Source of the DNA: an uncultured delta proteobacterium
GTDB taxonomy: Bacteria > Myxococcota_A > Polyangia > Fen-1088
Assembly (NCBI GenBank): GCA_963796685.1
Contig: CAWCMR010000003.1
Coordinates: 31,759 to 95,758 of the forward strand
Direction: 5' to 3'
Length of the DNA: 64,000 bases
Position 1 is the stretch's first letter. Each line of letters begins with the position of its first letter. The notes under the pieces were generated by a model. That model saw only the letters and a program-made list of their open reading frames with translations, ran no database searches and had not been told where the DNA came from. This document shows, piece after piece, positions 29,762-39,790 of this stretch. The translations under genes were made by a program, and so were the position numbers.

Positions 29762-32125
29762 CTACGGGTGCGGGCGGCGGGCGATCAGGACCAGCGCCCC
29801 GGTCAGGGCGTAGCCGCCGGCGCCCAGCAGGATGACGGCCGAGAAGCCCAGGTTGGTGATGGCGCTCATGGCCCACGCCGAGCCCCACACCGACGCCAGC
29901 GTGGACATGGCGTAGGTAGCGGGCACGGCGGCGCGGCGCCCGGTCTTCACCACGCGCTCGACGCCGAACGGGTAGAACATCCCGAGGAAGGTCCCGGCGG
30001 GCACCACTGCCAGTGCCACGCAGAGGATCTTGAGCGGCAAGGGCAGGGAGAGCAGGCGCGTGTTGCACAGGTGGGTGGCGAGAATGCCCCACGCGATGGC
30101 CGCGATGGTTGCAGCAATGCCCGGCAGCACGCGCGTCGCAGGGACCCGGAACACGCGCAGGCGGTCCTGCAGGTATGCGCCCAGGCCGCTTCCCGCCAGG
30201 AACAGCGCCAGGATCACGGCCACGGCGTAGAGCGGGCTACCGAGGAAAAGCTCGGTCCTGGCGATGAGGCCGATCTCCACGCACATGTACGAGACGCCGG
30301 CCACGAAGAAGTACAGCACCCACGGCCAAGGCACGCGCCGCTCGCGACCGCGCCGCAAGCCCAGGCCGAGGAAGACCACGACCGCGACAGCCCCGAAGAG
30401 CAGGATGGTGAAGACCTTGATCCAGCTCGAGGCGTAGAGCTGGTCCCTGAAGCGCGCCTGCGCGGGCAGGAGCTCGAAGTCGCGCCAGCTCACCTCGTGC
30501 ACGAACGGGCGATCGTCCGTGACGAGTGGCCCGTGGGTACGCCCGCGGACGACATCCAGGTAGGTCGCCAGGCCCGCACCCGACGGCGAATAGAGCACCT
30601 GCCGCGGGTACGGCCACGACGACACCTTGCGGTCGATGGCCGCGATCTCGTCCGGCGTGAGGCCGCTTGGCTTGACCACCATGCTGTCTTGCCCCCGGGT
30701 CACCGGCGCGCCGAACGCGAAGACCGCCTGCCCGAAGTCGCCGAGGCCGCGCTCGGCGAAGAGGCGCCGTAGGCTCTCGGCCTTGTGGAGCACGGGCTGG
30801 TTCATGAACACCATCATCGAGCCCGGACCCGGGGCCAGGTGGTCGAGGTACGACGCCATGGCCTCGTAGGTGTCGAGGTACTTGCGGGTGTGGCCGGTGC
30901 GCCCGGTGTTGGTCGCTCCATTCGTGGCCACGAACACGAGGTCGTAGCGCCCGCGGTCGTGGTCGAGGAAGTCGCGACCCTCGCGCACCACGAGGTGCAT
31001 GTTGGGCCGCGCGAGGAAGGCGCGCAGGTTCATGCCCGCGAGCAGCGGATCGCGGATGAGGTCGACCACGGCGCGGTTCAGCTCCACGCCCGTGATGTCC
31101 GCCCGGCCCTCGGCCATGCAGTCGAGCTCGACCATGTCGCGTCCCACGCCAGCGAAGAGCACGAGCACGCGCTTCGGCTCGTGGCCCATGAGAAAGGGCA
31201 ACGCGTGGTGCAAGGTGTAGGGCAAAAGGTCGGCGGGCTTCGCCGCCGGATCCCAGCGCGCGACCTTCACGTTGCTGAGCCCATCGTCCTGCACGATGCC
31301 CCACGCCTTCTCGCCCGTCCCCGGGCCGCCGTCGGCCCGCACCAAGCTCGTGCGCGCGAGGTCGTTCCAGCGCACGCGCATCTCCTGCACGTTGTCGGCC
31401 GCGTAGCCGGGCAGCACGTAGCGCGACAGGCGCACGACGTCCGGGTGCTCCTGGAACACGCTTCCGTGGTACGCCAGGAACGCGAGCACGCAAAACCCCG
31501 CCGCGCCGACGCCCACCGCGAGACGCCGACGGCTGAGCGGCGTGGCGGCGAGGAGCGCGAGCGCGCCCAAGAGCACTGTCATGATGGCCGGTGGCAGACC
31601 CGCCCAGGTCAGCACGAGAGGTGCGAGCAGGCAGCCCACCGCCGCGCCCGCGAGGTCGAAGCAGTAAAGCCGGCCGATGCTCGGCGCGCCCTCGTCGAAA
31701 TACAGGGCCAGGAGCGCGCCGAAGATCGCGTACGGCGGCAGGAAGATGCCCGAGTACGCCAGCATGCGCCCTGCGTCCCCGTACGGGTTCTCGAGCGAAA
31801 CGTGAATGGCCGGGAAGAACGCATTCGCGACGGCGAAGAAGCCAATGAACGCGGCGGCCAGGACCGGCAGCGTGAGCGCTTGCAGAAGCGCGATCAGGCG
31901 GCGCGCGTCGGCCTTGCGCTCGCGGTGCACGAGCAGCGAGCCGAGCGAAAGACCCAAGAGCGCCACCGGAATGGCGAGGAAGCTCGAGATGCTGCCGAGG
32001 AAGAACGCCAGCATGCGCGTCTGCAGGAGCTCCACCATCAGGCACAAGAGCCCGACGAGGAAGAGCCCAAGCTCGACCGCCCGCTTCGGGCGTCCGGGAG
32101 GCGTTCCTTCGGCATTCTGCGACAT
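29762..32125 (-). CDS. Membrane protein with spermidine synthase-like SAM-binding domain
   Basis: N- and C-terminal TM bundles, LY..DLAGA, central GVELN..V, EGRDFL and TDDRPF. Confidence 0.75.
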   Translation of the reverse strand: MSQNAEGTPPGRPKRAVELGLFLVGLLCLMVELLQTRMLAFFLGSISSFLAIPVALLGLSLGSLLVHRERKADARRLIALLQALTLPVLAAAFIGFFAVANAFFPAIHVSLENPYGDAGRMLAYSGIFLPPYAIFGALLALYFDEGAPSIGRLYCFDLAGAAVGCLLAPLVLTWAGLPPAIMTVLLGALALLAATPLSRRRLAVGVGAAGFCVLAFLAYHGSVFQEHPDVVRLSRYVLPGYAADNVQEMRVRWNDLARTSLVRADGGPGTGEKAWGIVQDDGLSNVKVARWDPAAKPADLLPYTLHHALPFLMGHEPKRVLVLFAGVGRDMVELDCMAEGRADITGVELNRAVVDLIRDPLLAGMNLRAFLARPNMHLVVREGRDFLDHDRGRYDLVFVATNGATNTGRTGHTRKYLDTYEAMASYLDHLAPGPGSMMVFMNQPVLHKAESLRRLFAERGLGDFGQAVFAFGAPVTRGQDSMVVKPSGLTPDEIAAIDRKVSSWPYPRQVLYSPSGAGLATYLDVVRGRTHGPLVTDDRPFVHEVSWRDFELLPAQARFRDQLYASSWIKVFTILLFGAVAVVVFLGLGLRRGRERRVPWPWVLYFFVAGVSYMCVEIGLIARTELFLGSPLYAVAVILALFLAGSGLGAYLQDRLRVFRVPATRVLPGIAATIAAIAWGILATHLCNTRLLSLPLPLKILCVALAVVPAGTFLGMFYPFGVERVVKTGRRAAVPATYAMSTLASVWGSAWAMSAITNLGFSAVILLGAGGYALTGALVLIARRPHP

Positions 32126-32416
32126 GGGTCTAGCTTATCGCACGGCGCCCCGGCCCCGCCGGGTGGTTTCCTAGGCGCCGCCAGCTCCCCAATGGAACAG
32201 GGGCATCCACGCCATCACATCTCTCTGCCCTCCCGGCGTACTTGTCTCCCCCCGCAGCACTGGCCCTCTGTCATGCGTTTTGATCCGGTTACACTTCACC
32301 CGATGCTTGGGCTGAAAAGGCACGCCGGGCATCACCGTGTGGGCCCTAGTTCCTTCGCGTCAGGCAGAGCGCTATTGTCTTGCCAGAGAGGGCGTTCCAC
32401 ACCAAAATTCGCCGCC

Positions 32417-33235
32417 ATGAGCTATCGCGCGAAACACCTGTTTCTAGTCGTGCTTTCCGTTTCCGCGCTGCTACAAGTCCAGCCCGCGCTTGCCGCCAGT
32501 CGCCAGGCGCGGGAACGGGAAGCGCGAAAGGCCTGTCTTACAGGCGACTACTCCACCGGGGTCTCCATCCTGGCGGACCTATTCCTCGACACCAAGGACG
32601 CCACTTACATCTTCAACCAGGGGCGGTGCCTCGAGCAGAACCGTAAGTACGAAGACGCGATCGCTCGATTCGAGGAGTATCTGGTCACGACTGGCGCCGT
32701 GTTGAAGCGAGAGGATCGGGAAGCCGCCCAGAAGCACATCGCCGCTTGCAGAGAGAACATCGCCTTGGAGCGCGGAAGCTCGTCCGCGGCTGCGTCCACG
32801 CCCCCGCCGCCAGCTCAGGCGTCGAACCCGGCCACAACCCCAGAGCCGTCGCAGCCAATCGTGGTTCAGCCTGCGCAAGAGCCACAGACTCTATCTACCC
32901 GCGGCAATCCAGGCTTGAGAACCGCCGGGATTGTCACCGCTTCGGTCGGCGTGGCGGCCGTGGTTGCTGCCGTCGTGCTGAATATCAAGGCAAACAGCGT
33001 GGTCAACGACATGGAGTCCACGAGTAACGGGTATTCGCCAGGCAAGGTCGATGACCGCAAGACCTATGAGACTCTTTCGTGGGTGGGCTACGGACTCGGT
33101 GCCGCTTGCGTGGCAACCGGGGCTGTCTTGTTCGGGATCGGCCTCAAATCCGGCGGAAGCGGGTCGACGAGCGTCGCTCTCTTGCCCGCAGTGGGCCCCG
33201 GTCAGGCAGGCGTGTCGTTGACAGGAGGATTCTGA
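32417..33235 (+). CDS. Secreted TPR protein with hydrophobic C-terminal module, paralog of 26836..27615
   Basis: ATG at 32417; NQGRCLEQN, KHIA.CR, terminal VSLTGGF. Confidence 0.8.
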   Translation: MSYRAKHLFLVVLSVSALLQVQPALAASRQAREREARKACLTGDYSTGVSILADLFLDTKDATYIFNQGRCLEQNRKYEDAIARFEEYLVTTGAVLKREDREAAQKHIAACRENIALERGSSSAAASTPPPPAQASNPATTPEPSQPIVVQPAQEPQTLSTRGNPGLRTAGIVTASVGVAAVVAAVVLNIKANSVVNDMESTSNGYSPGKVDDRKTYETLSWVGYGLGAACVATGAVLFGIGLKSGGSGSTSVALLPAVGPGQAGVSLTGGF

Positions 33236-35040
33236 TGAACGCTCGATGGGGGCGGCCAGCGCAGTTCCGAAGCGGCACACTCTGGGCCATAGCCTTGCTG
33301 TCCCTGAGCAGCGCGGCCTGCTTTCGGACTCTAGACGTTTCGAAGCTCCACTGTCGCGACAACAGCGGTTGTCCGAGCAACCACTACTGTGCCAATGGAA
33401 GTTGTGTAGCCGGGCAGACACCAGTGGATGGTAGCAACGCCGACTTGCCCGTGTCGCCCGGCCTGGATGGCCAGGCTGGTGTCGACGGAACGCAATCGAA
33501 GGGAGGGGCCGGAGGGAGCACCGTCGATGGCGCCCTTGGCGGGGCAGGTGGCGGTACCGTCGATGGAGCCCTTGGCGGGGCTGGCGGCTCGAGCACCGGC
33601 GGGACCTCGGGGGGCACCGGTGGAACGGGGCCACAAGACGCACCGGGCGGCTCCGGAGGCACCACATTCGTGCCTGACGCCTTCATCGCGCCGGATGGGA
33701 GAGACGCTCCGGCGGACCTCGCCATCGGGATAAACCCGGGCAGCGTCTGTTCGAGCGCGACTGCAAGCGAGTGCAGCAGCGGATTCTGCGTCGATAGCCA
33801 CTGTTGCAACGTGGCGTCCTGTGGAACATGCCAGTCCTGCACCGGCCCTGGCGGCACCTGCGTTGCGGTGACCAATGCAGAGGATCCCGATACTTGTACC
33901 GGATCGAGCACCTGTGACACCAGCGGCGTGTGCAAGAAGAAGACCGGACAGGCGTGCAGCACTGGCACGGAGTGCATGGGCGGCAATTGCGCCGACGGTG
34001 TTTGCTGCAACAGCGCCTGCAACGGGTCATGTGAGTATTGCAACGGCGGCACGCCCGGAACCTGTGGCTATATCAGCGGCGCGCCGAAAGTGGGTCACCC
34101 TGCCTGCGCTGGGACGGGCGCCTGCCAGGGCACCTGCAACGCCACAAAGGCAAGCTGCACCTTCCCGGGCGCAGAAACGAACTGCCGTCAGCCGAGCTGC
34201 AACGCCGCGTCAGGGGTGGCGACCAATCCAGCCGTCTGTGACGGTCAGGGCAACTGCCCGGCGCTCTCGACCACCAATTGTACCCCGTACATCTGCGGCA
34301 CGACCTCGTGCCTGACGACTTGCTCGAGCGTCAGCCAGTGTCTCTCGGGATTGGCCTGCGTGAACTCCGCGTGCCAGTCGTGCACGAGTGGCCAGACTAT
34401 CTGCGGTAACGCGTGTGTGAACCTCCAGGGATCAGATAGGAACAACTGCGGCGCCTGTGGCAGGTCCTGTCCGTGCGTGAACGGTGTATGCATGGAGTGT
34501 ACGACGCTCTCCGACTGTGCAACCGGCTACCAGAATTGCACTTCCAATAAATGCCTCTGTCGGCCGCAGAGCCTGACAAATTCTGTGCCAGACGCGGGTT
34601 TTGATACCGCGGCAAATTTCAGCGCCATCTGGCATCCAGACTATTATGTCACGTGGTCCAGCGTTGACGCGGATGGCTGCCCAGGTTCGGGATCGTTGGA
34701 GATTCCTCCTACCGATGGCGGCGGCGGGCCTGTATTTTCGCTAGCTTGTATGGGAGTGGGAGCGGCGAATTACACATTCGGTTTCAAGTACAATCAGAGC
34801 TACCCTCAAGCTGTCTATTGCTTTGTAGATACCTTTTCCGATGGCAGTTGCACGACTGCAACCTACTCAGGCTTTCCCCCAGAAATTTACACTGGGGATG
34901 TGACGAATAGTTGGGCAAGTACCTATATGTCGATCCCGACCGGAACGTATTCCATCAGCGTTTCTTGTTTCCTGCTGTCGCCCCAAGTAACCGTGTACCT
35001 GGACGAGTTCTATCTAAATTCGGGCAGTAATACCTATTGA
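33235..35040 (+). CDS. Cys-rich surface lipoprotein with Gly-rich linker and C-terminal beta-sandwich
   Basis: TGATG coupling to the upstream TPR gene; lipobox SAAC; C..GFCVD..CC and NCGACG repeats; ends YLDEFYL. Confidence 0.8.
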   Translation: MNARWGRPAQFRSGTLWAIALLSLSSAACFRTLDVSKLHCRDNSGCPSNHYCANGSCVAGQTPVDGSNADLPVSPGLDGQAGVDGTQSKGGAGGSTVDGALGGAGGGTVDGALGGAGGSSTGGTSGGTGGTGPQDAPGGSGGTTFVPDAFIAPDGRDAPADLAIGINPGSVCSSATASECSSGFCVDSHCCNVASCGTCQSCTGPGGTCVAVTNAEDPDTCTGSSTCDTSGVCKKKTGQACSTGTECMGGNCADGVCCNSACNGSCEYCNGGTPGTCGYISGAPKVGHPACAGTGACQGTCNATKASCTFPGAETNCRQPSCNAASGVATNPAVCDGQGNCPALSTTNCTPYICGTTSCLTTCSSVSQCLSGLACVNSACQSCTSGQTICGNACVNLQGSDRNNCGACGRSCPCVNGVCMECTTLSDCATGYQNCTSNKCLCRPQSLTNSVPDAGFDTAANFSAIWHPDYYVTWSSVDADGCPGSGSLEIPPTDGGGGPVFSLACMGVGAANYTFGFKYNQSYPQAVYCFVDTFSDGSCTTATYSGFPPEIYTGDVTNSWASTYMSIPTGTYSISVSCFLLSPQVTVYLDEFYLNSGSNTY

Positions 35041-35300
35041 ACGCATCAAGGGAGAAAGGGCGGTCCCGGCTCCACAAGACGACGGCAGTCACACAATCTC
35101 AGAACTGGCTGAAGAAGTTCCGGGCGTTTTGATATTCCGAGCTCATCGACGAGCCCGGATCCGTCGGATTGGTGTCTACGCAGAAGGTCTTTTCGATCAG
35201 AGCCACGACGGCGTCGGCAGCACGAGGATAGCTCCGTGTCATCCCCGCGTGGCGGGCAGACGCCGCCTGCCTTCGTGGCGATCCCGGCGAGCCTGCTCTC

Positions 35301-36710
35301 TCAGAACTGGCTCAGGAAACTCCAGGCTTCTCCAGGTCCCCAGCTCTTGCCGTCGTTCGGCGCCTGGTTATCCGGCCACGGAGTGTGGTCCCCGTTGAAC
35401 GAGCAGAACTCCACCGGATACCCTTCCTTGCAGCCCGCCATCTTCGTGCAGGTGTGATTGCCGCTCGTGACCTTCGCCGGAGTCTGCCAGGTGCAGCCAT
35501 CGGCGGTGGCCCAGTTTTGAGCCAAGCCCACCCCACCGACTCCCCCAACCGAACATCCGGTGCTCGTGCTGTCGTAGCACAGCACTGAGTCGTGGGTTCC
35601 GTGCGAGGCGTAGTAAGCGACCGGATTGGTGGTGCTGGGCTTGCAGCTACCGCTCATCTGGGCAGCCGAGTAGACTGCGACGGCCCGGACCCCCCAGGTT
35701 GCAGTTGCGGTCGGCCCGCCAAGTGGCCTCTCGCACGCGACTTCGTAGGACATGCTCGCCCCGTAGCTCCAACCCGTCGCAAAGATGCGATTCGTGTCGA
35801 CGCAAAAGTTGTCCGTGACCTGCTTCACGACGGCATCCATGAGTTGCATGTTGTTGTTCCCCGATGGCCATCCGCACCCGTGCTCCCCACTCCCAGTGCC
35901 CGAGCAGGGCGCGTTGCTACTATTGACCCCATTGGGGGCCGCGAAGATCGTGGTGTCTTTGGACAGCGGGAGCAGCCCATAATAGTTCTCCTTGTACATC
36001 TCGATATCATTTCCATCGAGCTGATGGATGGCGAGGACGAGCTTGTACGGCTTGGTATTATCGTAGTTGGTCGGTATTTGGAGGATGTACCGACGTTGCG
36101 AGCCGTTCACCGTAATCGAGATGGGGTTGCCGTTATTGTACTGGCTGCTCGTGATGGTAGAGGTCTTGCCGCAGCCAGCGCTCTGACCCGACGGAGAAGT
36201 TCCGCCAGCGTCGACAGCCGTGCCGCCACCAGCGCCGCCCGTCGCAGGGCCACCGTCCCGGCCTGCATTGCCACCAACTGCCCCACCCGAGCCGGGCTGG
36301 CTGGTCGTTCCGCCCGAAGCACTGCCGCCGGTGCCGGGCTTGCTGGTTGATCCGCCCGAAGCGCTGCTGCCACCGGTGCCAGGATGGCCGCCGCTTCCGC
36401 CGGCGCCGCCCGCCTGCGTACCGCCGGCCGAGCCAGACGTGCCACCGGCCGTGGTGGCCCCGCCGGTGCCGGGCTTGCTGGTTGTACCGCCCGAAGCGCT
36501 GCTGCCACCGCTCCCCACAGCTCCTCCCGTCGCGCCGCTCGACCCGCCAGCCGAGCTCCCGCCTTGCGCGGGCGCGTGTCCGCCACTCCCGCCCAGGCCC
36601 TTGCCCCCACTTCCTCCCTGTGGTGACGTGGTGCTCGAGCACGATGTCATCGCCGCGAAGAGCCCCAAGACTGGGACTACCAATAGAGTGTTTTTCAGAG
36701 CGTTCTTCAT
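35301..36710 (-). CDS. Alpha/beta hydrolase lipoprotein (feruloyl esterase / PHB depolymerase-like)
   Basis: Lipobox TSC, Gly-rich linker, GWSYG nucleophile elbow, HGTHD, GDH, terminal WSFLSQF. Confidence 0.82.
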   Translation of the reverse strand: MKNALKNTLLVVPVLGLFAAMTSCSSTTSPQGGSGGKGLGGSGGHAPAQGGSSAGGSSGATGGAVGSGGSSASGGTTSKPGTGGATTAGGTSGSAGGTQAGGAGGSGGHPGTGGSSASGGSTSKPGTGGSASGGTTSQPGSGGAVGGNAGRDGGPATGGAGGGTAVDAGGTSPSGQSAGCGKTSTITSSQYNNGNPISITVNGSQRRYILQIPTNYDNTKPYKLVLAIHQLDGNDIEMYKENYYGLLPLSKDTTIFAAPNGVNSSNAPCSGTGSGEHGCGWPSGNNNMQLMDAVVKQVTDNFCVDTNRIFATGWSYGASMSYEVACERPLGGPTATATWGVRAVAVYSAAQMSGSCKPSTTNPVAYYASHGTHDSVLCYDSTSTGCSVGGVGGVGLAQNWATADGCTWQTPAKVTSGNHTCTKMAGCKEGYPVEFCSFNGDHTPWPDNQAPNDGKSWGPGEAWSFLSQF

Positions 36711-36837
36711 GCGTGTGTCTCCTTGGAATCGCGGTCGGAAGCGTGGGGCGCTGCGACCAATAAGCCTTCCTAGTGGCACAGTTCTGAGCTTTCCGTATTT
36801 TGGCTCAAATATTTTCTGTCCGGACAGAAGCGTCGCG

Positions 36838-38754
36838 TCAACGCCAGGGTTGGCCAGTGCGCCGGCGCCGAAGGCGAAGGACAAGAAGCGCGGAAACGAC
36901 AAGCCAGAGTGTTGGCGCTGGTCCGCTGTCACCGTGCTTCGCGCCCACTCGACACGAGCATGAGCCACTGGTTGAGCTCGATGGCCCGGCCTTGCCAGCC
37001 TGGCCGCCGCTCCCCGACCCGGAGCCGGCAACCGTCGTTCCGCCCACGCCCGACGAGCCGCCGCTGCCCGAGAGCGCGCCTCCGTTGTTGTTGGTGCTGC
37101 CGCCGCTCCCCGAGCCCCGCCCTCCGACGCCTCCAGTCGCACGGCCGCCACTACCCGAGGGCATGCCTCCACTGTTGCCGGTGCTGCCACCACTGCCCGA
37201 GCTCATGCCCCCGGTATTGTCGGAGTTGCCGCCGCTGCCCGAGCTCATGCCTCCGGCTCCCCCGGTACGACCGCCGCTGCCGAAGGCCCCGCCAGCGCCT
37301 CCGACGACGTTTCCAGCATCGCCGGTGCGGCCGCCCGTACTTGGGCCGGGGCCCGCATCCGTGCCAGCGCTGCCACCTGCACCACCCACGCCGCCGGTGC
37401 CTCCGTCGTCGCCGCGACCCGGCATGGTCGGCCCGGTGAACTTCCACCAGTTGAATTTGAAGAGGTCGCCGCTGCCACCGGTGAACTTCAGGAACAGGTC
37501 GTGTTTCCCGCTGCCCCCGCTGACCGCACACGTCTTCGTGGTCCAGCTCGACGCGCCCGAGACGTCACAGGTTCCGAGCAGCGTGCCGGTCTGGCTGTCG
37601 AGGTGCAGCTCGATCTTTGCATTGCTGCCCGAGGACGATACCCGCGCATCGAAGGACGTGACGCCATCCAGGAAGTCGACGTTCTTCACCTTGATGTAGT
37701 CGCCGTTGTTGATGGACGTGACGTCCATTCCAGCGCCGGTGTCGGTGCAAACCTCGGTCTTGAGCCCGGACGAGAACGCGATGGTTTCAGCCTCGACTTG
37801 TTGGAAGGGATCCAAGGCGGCGATGGCGTCTGGTCCCTTCGTGCTCCCGGTGACCTTCGGGATGCTGCCGTCGCTGCCATAGGTGAACTCCTCGACGCAT
37901 ACCGAGCGCTTGTAGCTTCCGCCGCCCGGCAGTGCGCCGTTGTGATAGAAAAAATACGAATGCCCCTTGTAGTCGGCGACGCCGGGGTGATTGGTGCCGA
38001 TCGAGGGGTTGCCCATGACGTCGCCCTTGTAAGTCCAGGGACCTGACGGGGCATTGCTGGTCGCATAGCTGATCTTTTCGCCGCTCCCGGCATAAACGAG
38101 GTAGTAGAGCGACCCCCGCTTATTGAACCACGGCCCCTCGGTGAATCCGTCCATCGCTATGTTGGATGTAACGCTTCCCGAAGTGCTGATCATGTCGGAG
38201 CTCAACTTCACCATGCGGAGGTTGCCGTTGCCCCAGAACAAGTAGGCCTGCCCGTCATCGTCGATGAACACCGTCGGGTCGATGGCCATGCTTCCGCTCT
38301 GGGCCAGCTCCTTGCCGATCGCGTCCTTGAACGGGCCTGCCGGATTGTCCGAGACGGCCACGCCGATCTTCGCGCCGGTGTTGTTGTTGATCGGCACGTA
38401 CAAGTAAAACTTGCCGTTTCTGGCGACCGCCTGCGGAGCCCACGCACTGTCGGTGCTCCAGTTGAATGTCTTCAAACTGGCGGGAGTGCCGTGATCGGTC
38501 CAATTCACCATATCGACGGTGGAGTACAAGTGCCAGTCGTTCATGGTGTAGAAGTTGCTGACGGTCACGTCCTCGTCGTGTGAGGTGTAAAGGTACAACC
38601 TGCCGTCGTACACCATGGGAGCGGGGTCGGCCGTGTAGCTGGTCTGCACGATCGGGTTGTCCGCCCGGGACGACGAAGGAAGTAGGGTAACGATCCCCAG
38701 CGACAACGCCGAGAGGGCAAACTTTCGCTGGTTCCACATTGCGTTCATGCGCAT
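36838..38754 (-). CDS. GH43 glycoside hydrolase with CBM6 and MYXO-CTERM tail
   Basis: ADPAP, WAP, IDP and TEGP motifs; CBM6 (VEAE...NGDYI...FNWW); SCSCRVG-TM-RRRR tail. Confidence 0.9.
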   Translation of the reverse strand: MRMNAMWNQRKFALSALSLGIVTLLPSSSRADNPIVQTSYTADPAPMVYDGRLYLYTSHDEDVTVSNFYTMNDWHLYSTVDMVNWTDHGTPASLKTFNWSTDSAWAPQAVARNGKFYLYVPINNNTGAKIGVAVSDNPAGPFKDAIGKELAQSGSMAIDPTVFIDDDGQAYLFWGNGNLRMVKLSSDMISTSGSVTSNIAMDGFTEGPWFNKRGSLYYLVYAGSGEKISYATSNAPSGPWTYKGDVMGNPSIGTNHPGVADYKGHSYFFYHNGALPGGGSYKRSVCVEEFTYGSDGSIPKVTGSTKGPDAIAALDPFQQVEAETIAFSSGLKTEVCTDTGAGMDVTSINNGDYIKVKNVDFLDGVTSFDARVSSSGSNAKIELHLDSQTGTLLGTCDVSGASSWTTKTCAVSGGSGKHDLFLKFTGGSGDLFKFNWWKFTGPTMPGRGDDGGTGGVGGAGGSAGTDAGPGPSTGGRTGDAGNVVGGAGGAFGSGGRTGGAGGMSSGSGGNSDNTGGMSSGSGGSTGNSGGMPSGSGGRATGGVGGRGSGSGGSTNNNGGALSGSGGSSGVGGTTVAGSGSGSGGQAGKAGPSSSTSGSCSCRVGAKHGDSGPAPTLWLVVSALLVLRLRRRRTGQPWR

Positions 38755-38935
38755 GTTATTTCCTTTCGAGCCTGGAGCCGATGGTCGCAGCGCGCTGAAT
38801 CATTTCGATGTCTATCAGCCACCACTTCGAGGTGTTGCTGCGTAATTTAGGTAAACGCGTGCTGGTTTGCAGTGGCAGCAGCCTTCGATTTCTGTGTTGG
38901 TTGGGAGGATCACGGATCGCGGCAACAAAATACGC

Positions 38936-38964
38936 TTGACACCCGGAGTTTCTGTGAATATATT
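38936..38964 (+). promoter_or_regulatory. Sigma70-type promoter of rex
   Basis: TTGACA (38936-38941), 17 bp spacer, TATATT (38959-38964). Confidence 0.75.
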
Positions 38965-38969
38965 CACAA
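38952..38969. promoter_or_regulatory. Rex operator upstream of rex
   Basis: CTGTGAATATATTCACAA matches the consensus TTGTGAA-N4-TTCACAA with one mismatch. Confidence 0.85.
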
Positions 38970-38973
38970 CATC

Positions 38974-39657
38974 GTGAGCGTGCCGGCTGAAACCCCTGAA
39001 ACCGCTCCCCAGATCGGGGACGCAAGCAGGAAAAGCGAGCGCCACGTCTCGGTTTCCACGGTGGAGCGGCTCTCCGTCTACCGCAAGCTCCTTGAAGAGC
39101 TGCACTATGACGGCGTGGAATACGTCTACTCGCAGCAATTGGCCGAGATGGTCGGGGTGACACCTGCCCAGCTGCGTCGCGACCTGGCCAGCTTCGGCTC
39201 TTTCGGCAACATTAGCCGCGGCTACAACGTGTACCAGCTCACCCGCACCATCAGCCACATCCTGGGCACCGACTCGCCTCAGACCGTGGCCCTGTTCGGC
39301 GCCGGCGATTTGGGCCGCTCGCTGCTTGCCTACCGCGGCTTCGAGGAGCGCGGTTTCCACATCGGCCTGATTTTCGATCTGGACGCCGAGAAGGCAGGCA
39401 AGGTCTTCGCCGGCCGTCGCTGCTACGCCGTCGAGGACATGGAGAAGGTCCTGCCCGAGCTCGACGTCCGCATCGCGGTCCTGGCCTGCCGGCCGCCCGG
39501 CCTGCAACAGCTCGTGGACCGTCTGGCCAAGCTCGGAATCTTGTCCATTCTCAACTTCGTCCCCAAGCGCGTCACGCCCGCACCAGGAGGCTATGTCGAG
39601 AGTATCGACATCGCCGCCAAGCTCGAAAAGCTCTCGTTTCTCAGCCAGCAGAAGTAG
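38974..39657 (+). CDS. rex: Redox-sensing transcriptional repressor Rex
   Basis: ST..RL..Y, QLRRDLASFG, GY.V, GAGDLG and ILNF.P motifs; GTG start uncertain. Confidence 0.92.
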   Translation: MSVPAETPETAPQIGDASRKSERHVSVSTVERLSVYRKLLEELHYDGVEYVYSQQLAEMVGVTPAQLRRDLASFGSFGNISRGYNVYQLTRTISHILGTDSPQTVALFGAGDLGRSLLAYRGFEERGFHIGLIFDLDAEKAGKVFAGRRCYAVEDMEKVLPELDVRIAVLACRPPGLQQLVDRLAKLGILSILNFVPKRVTPAPGGYVESIDIAAKLEKLSFLSQQK

Positions 39658-39705
39658 GCGGGATGGTCAAGACGCGGACCCAAGTAGTGCCACCCCATGT
39701 TAAAA

Positions 39706-39738
39706 CTGTGAAACGTTTCACTGTGAACTAGATAACCG
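39706..39738. promoter_or_regulatory. Tandem Rex-like operators upstream of the hydrogenase operon
   Basis: CTGTGAAACGTTTCACTG (39706-39723) and a weaker CTGTGAACTAGATAACCG (39721-39738). Confidence 0.7.
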
Positions 39739-39790
39739 ACAACTACCTGTTACGCAATACACCGCAGGCCCAGGACCAAGGAGAAAAGCC

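Noticed and set aside
30785-32416. 816-aa ORF 30785..33235 as a single protein
   Set aside because: The 5' part is the antisense shadow of 29762..32125; the real gene starts at 32417
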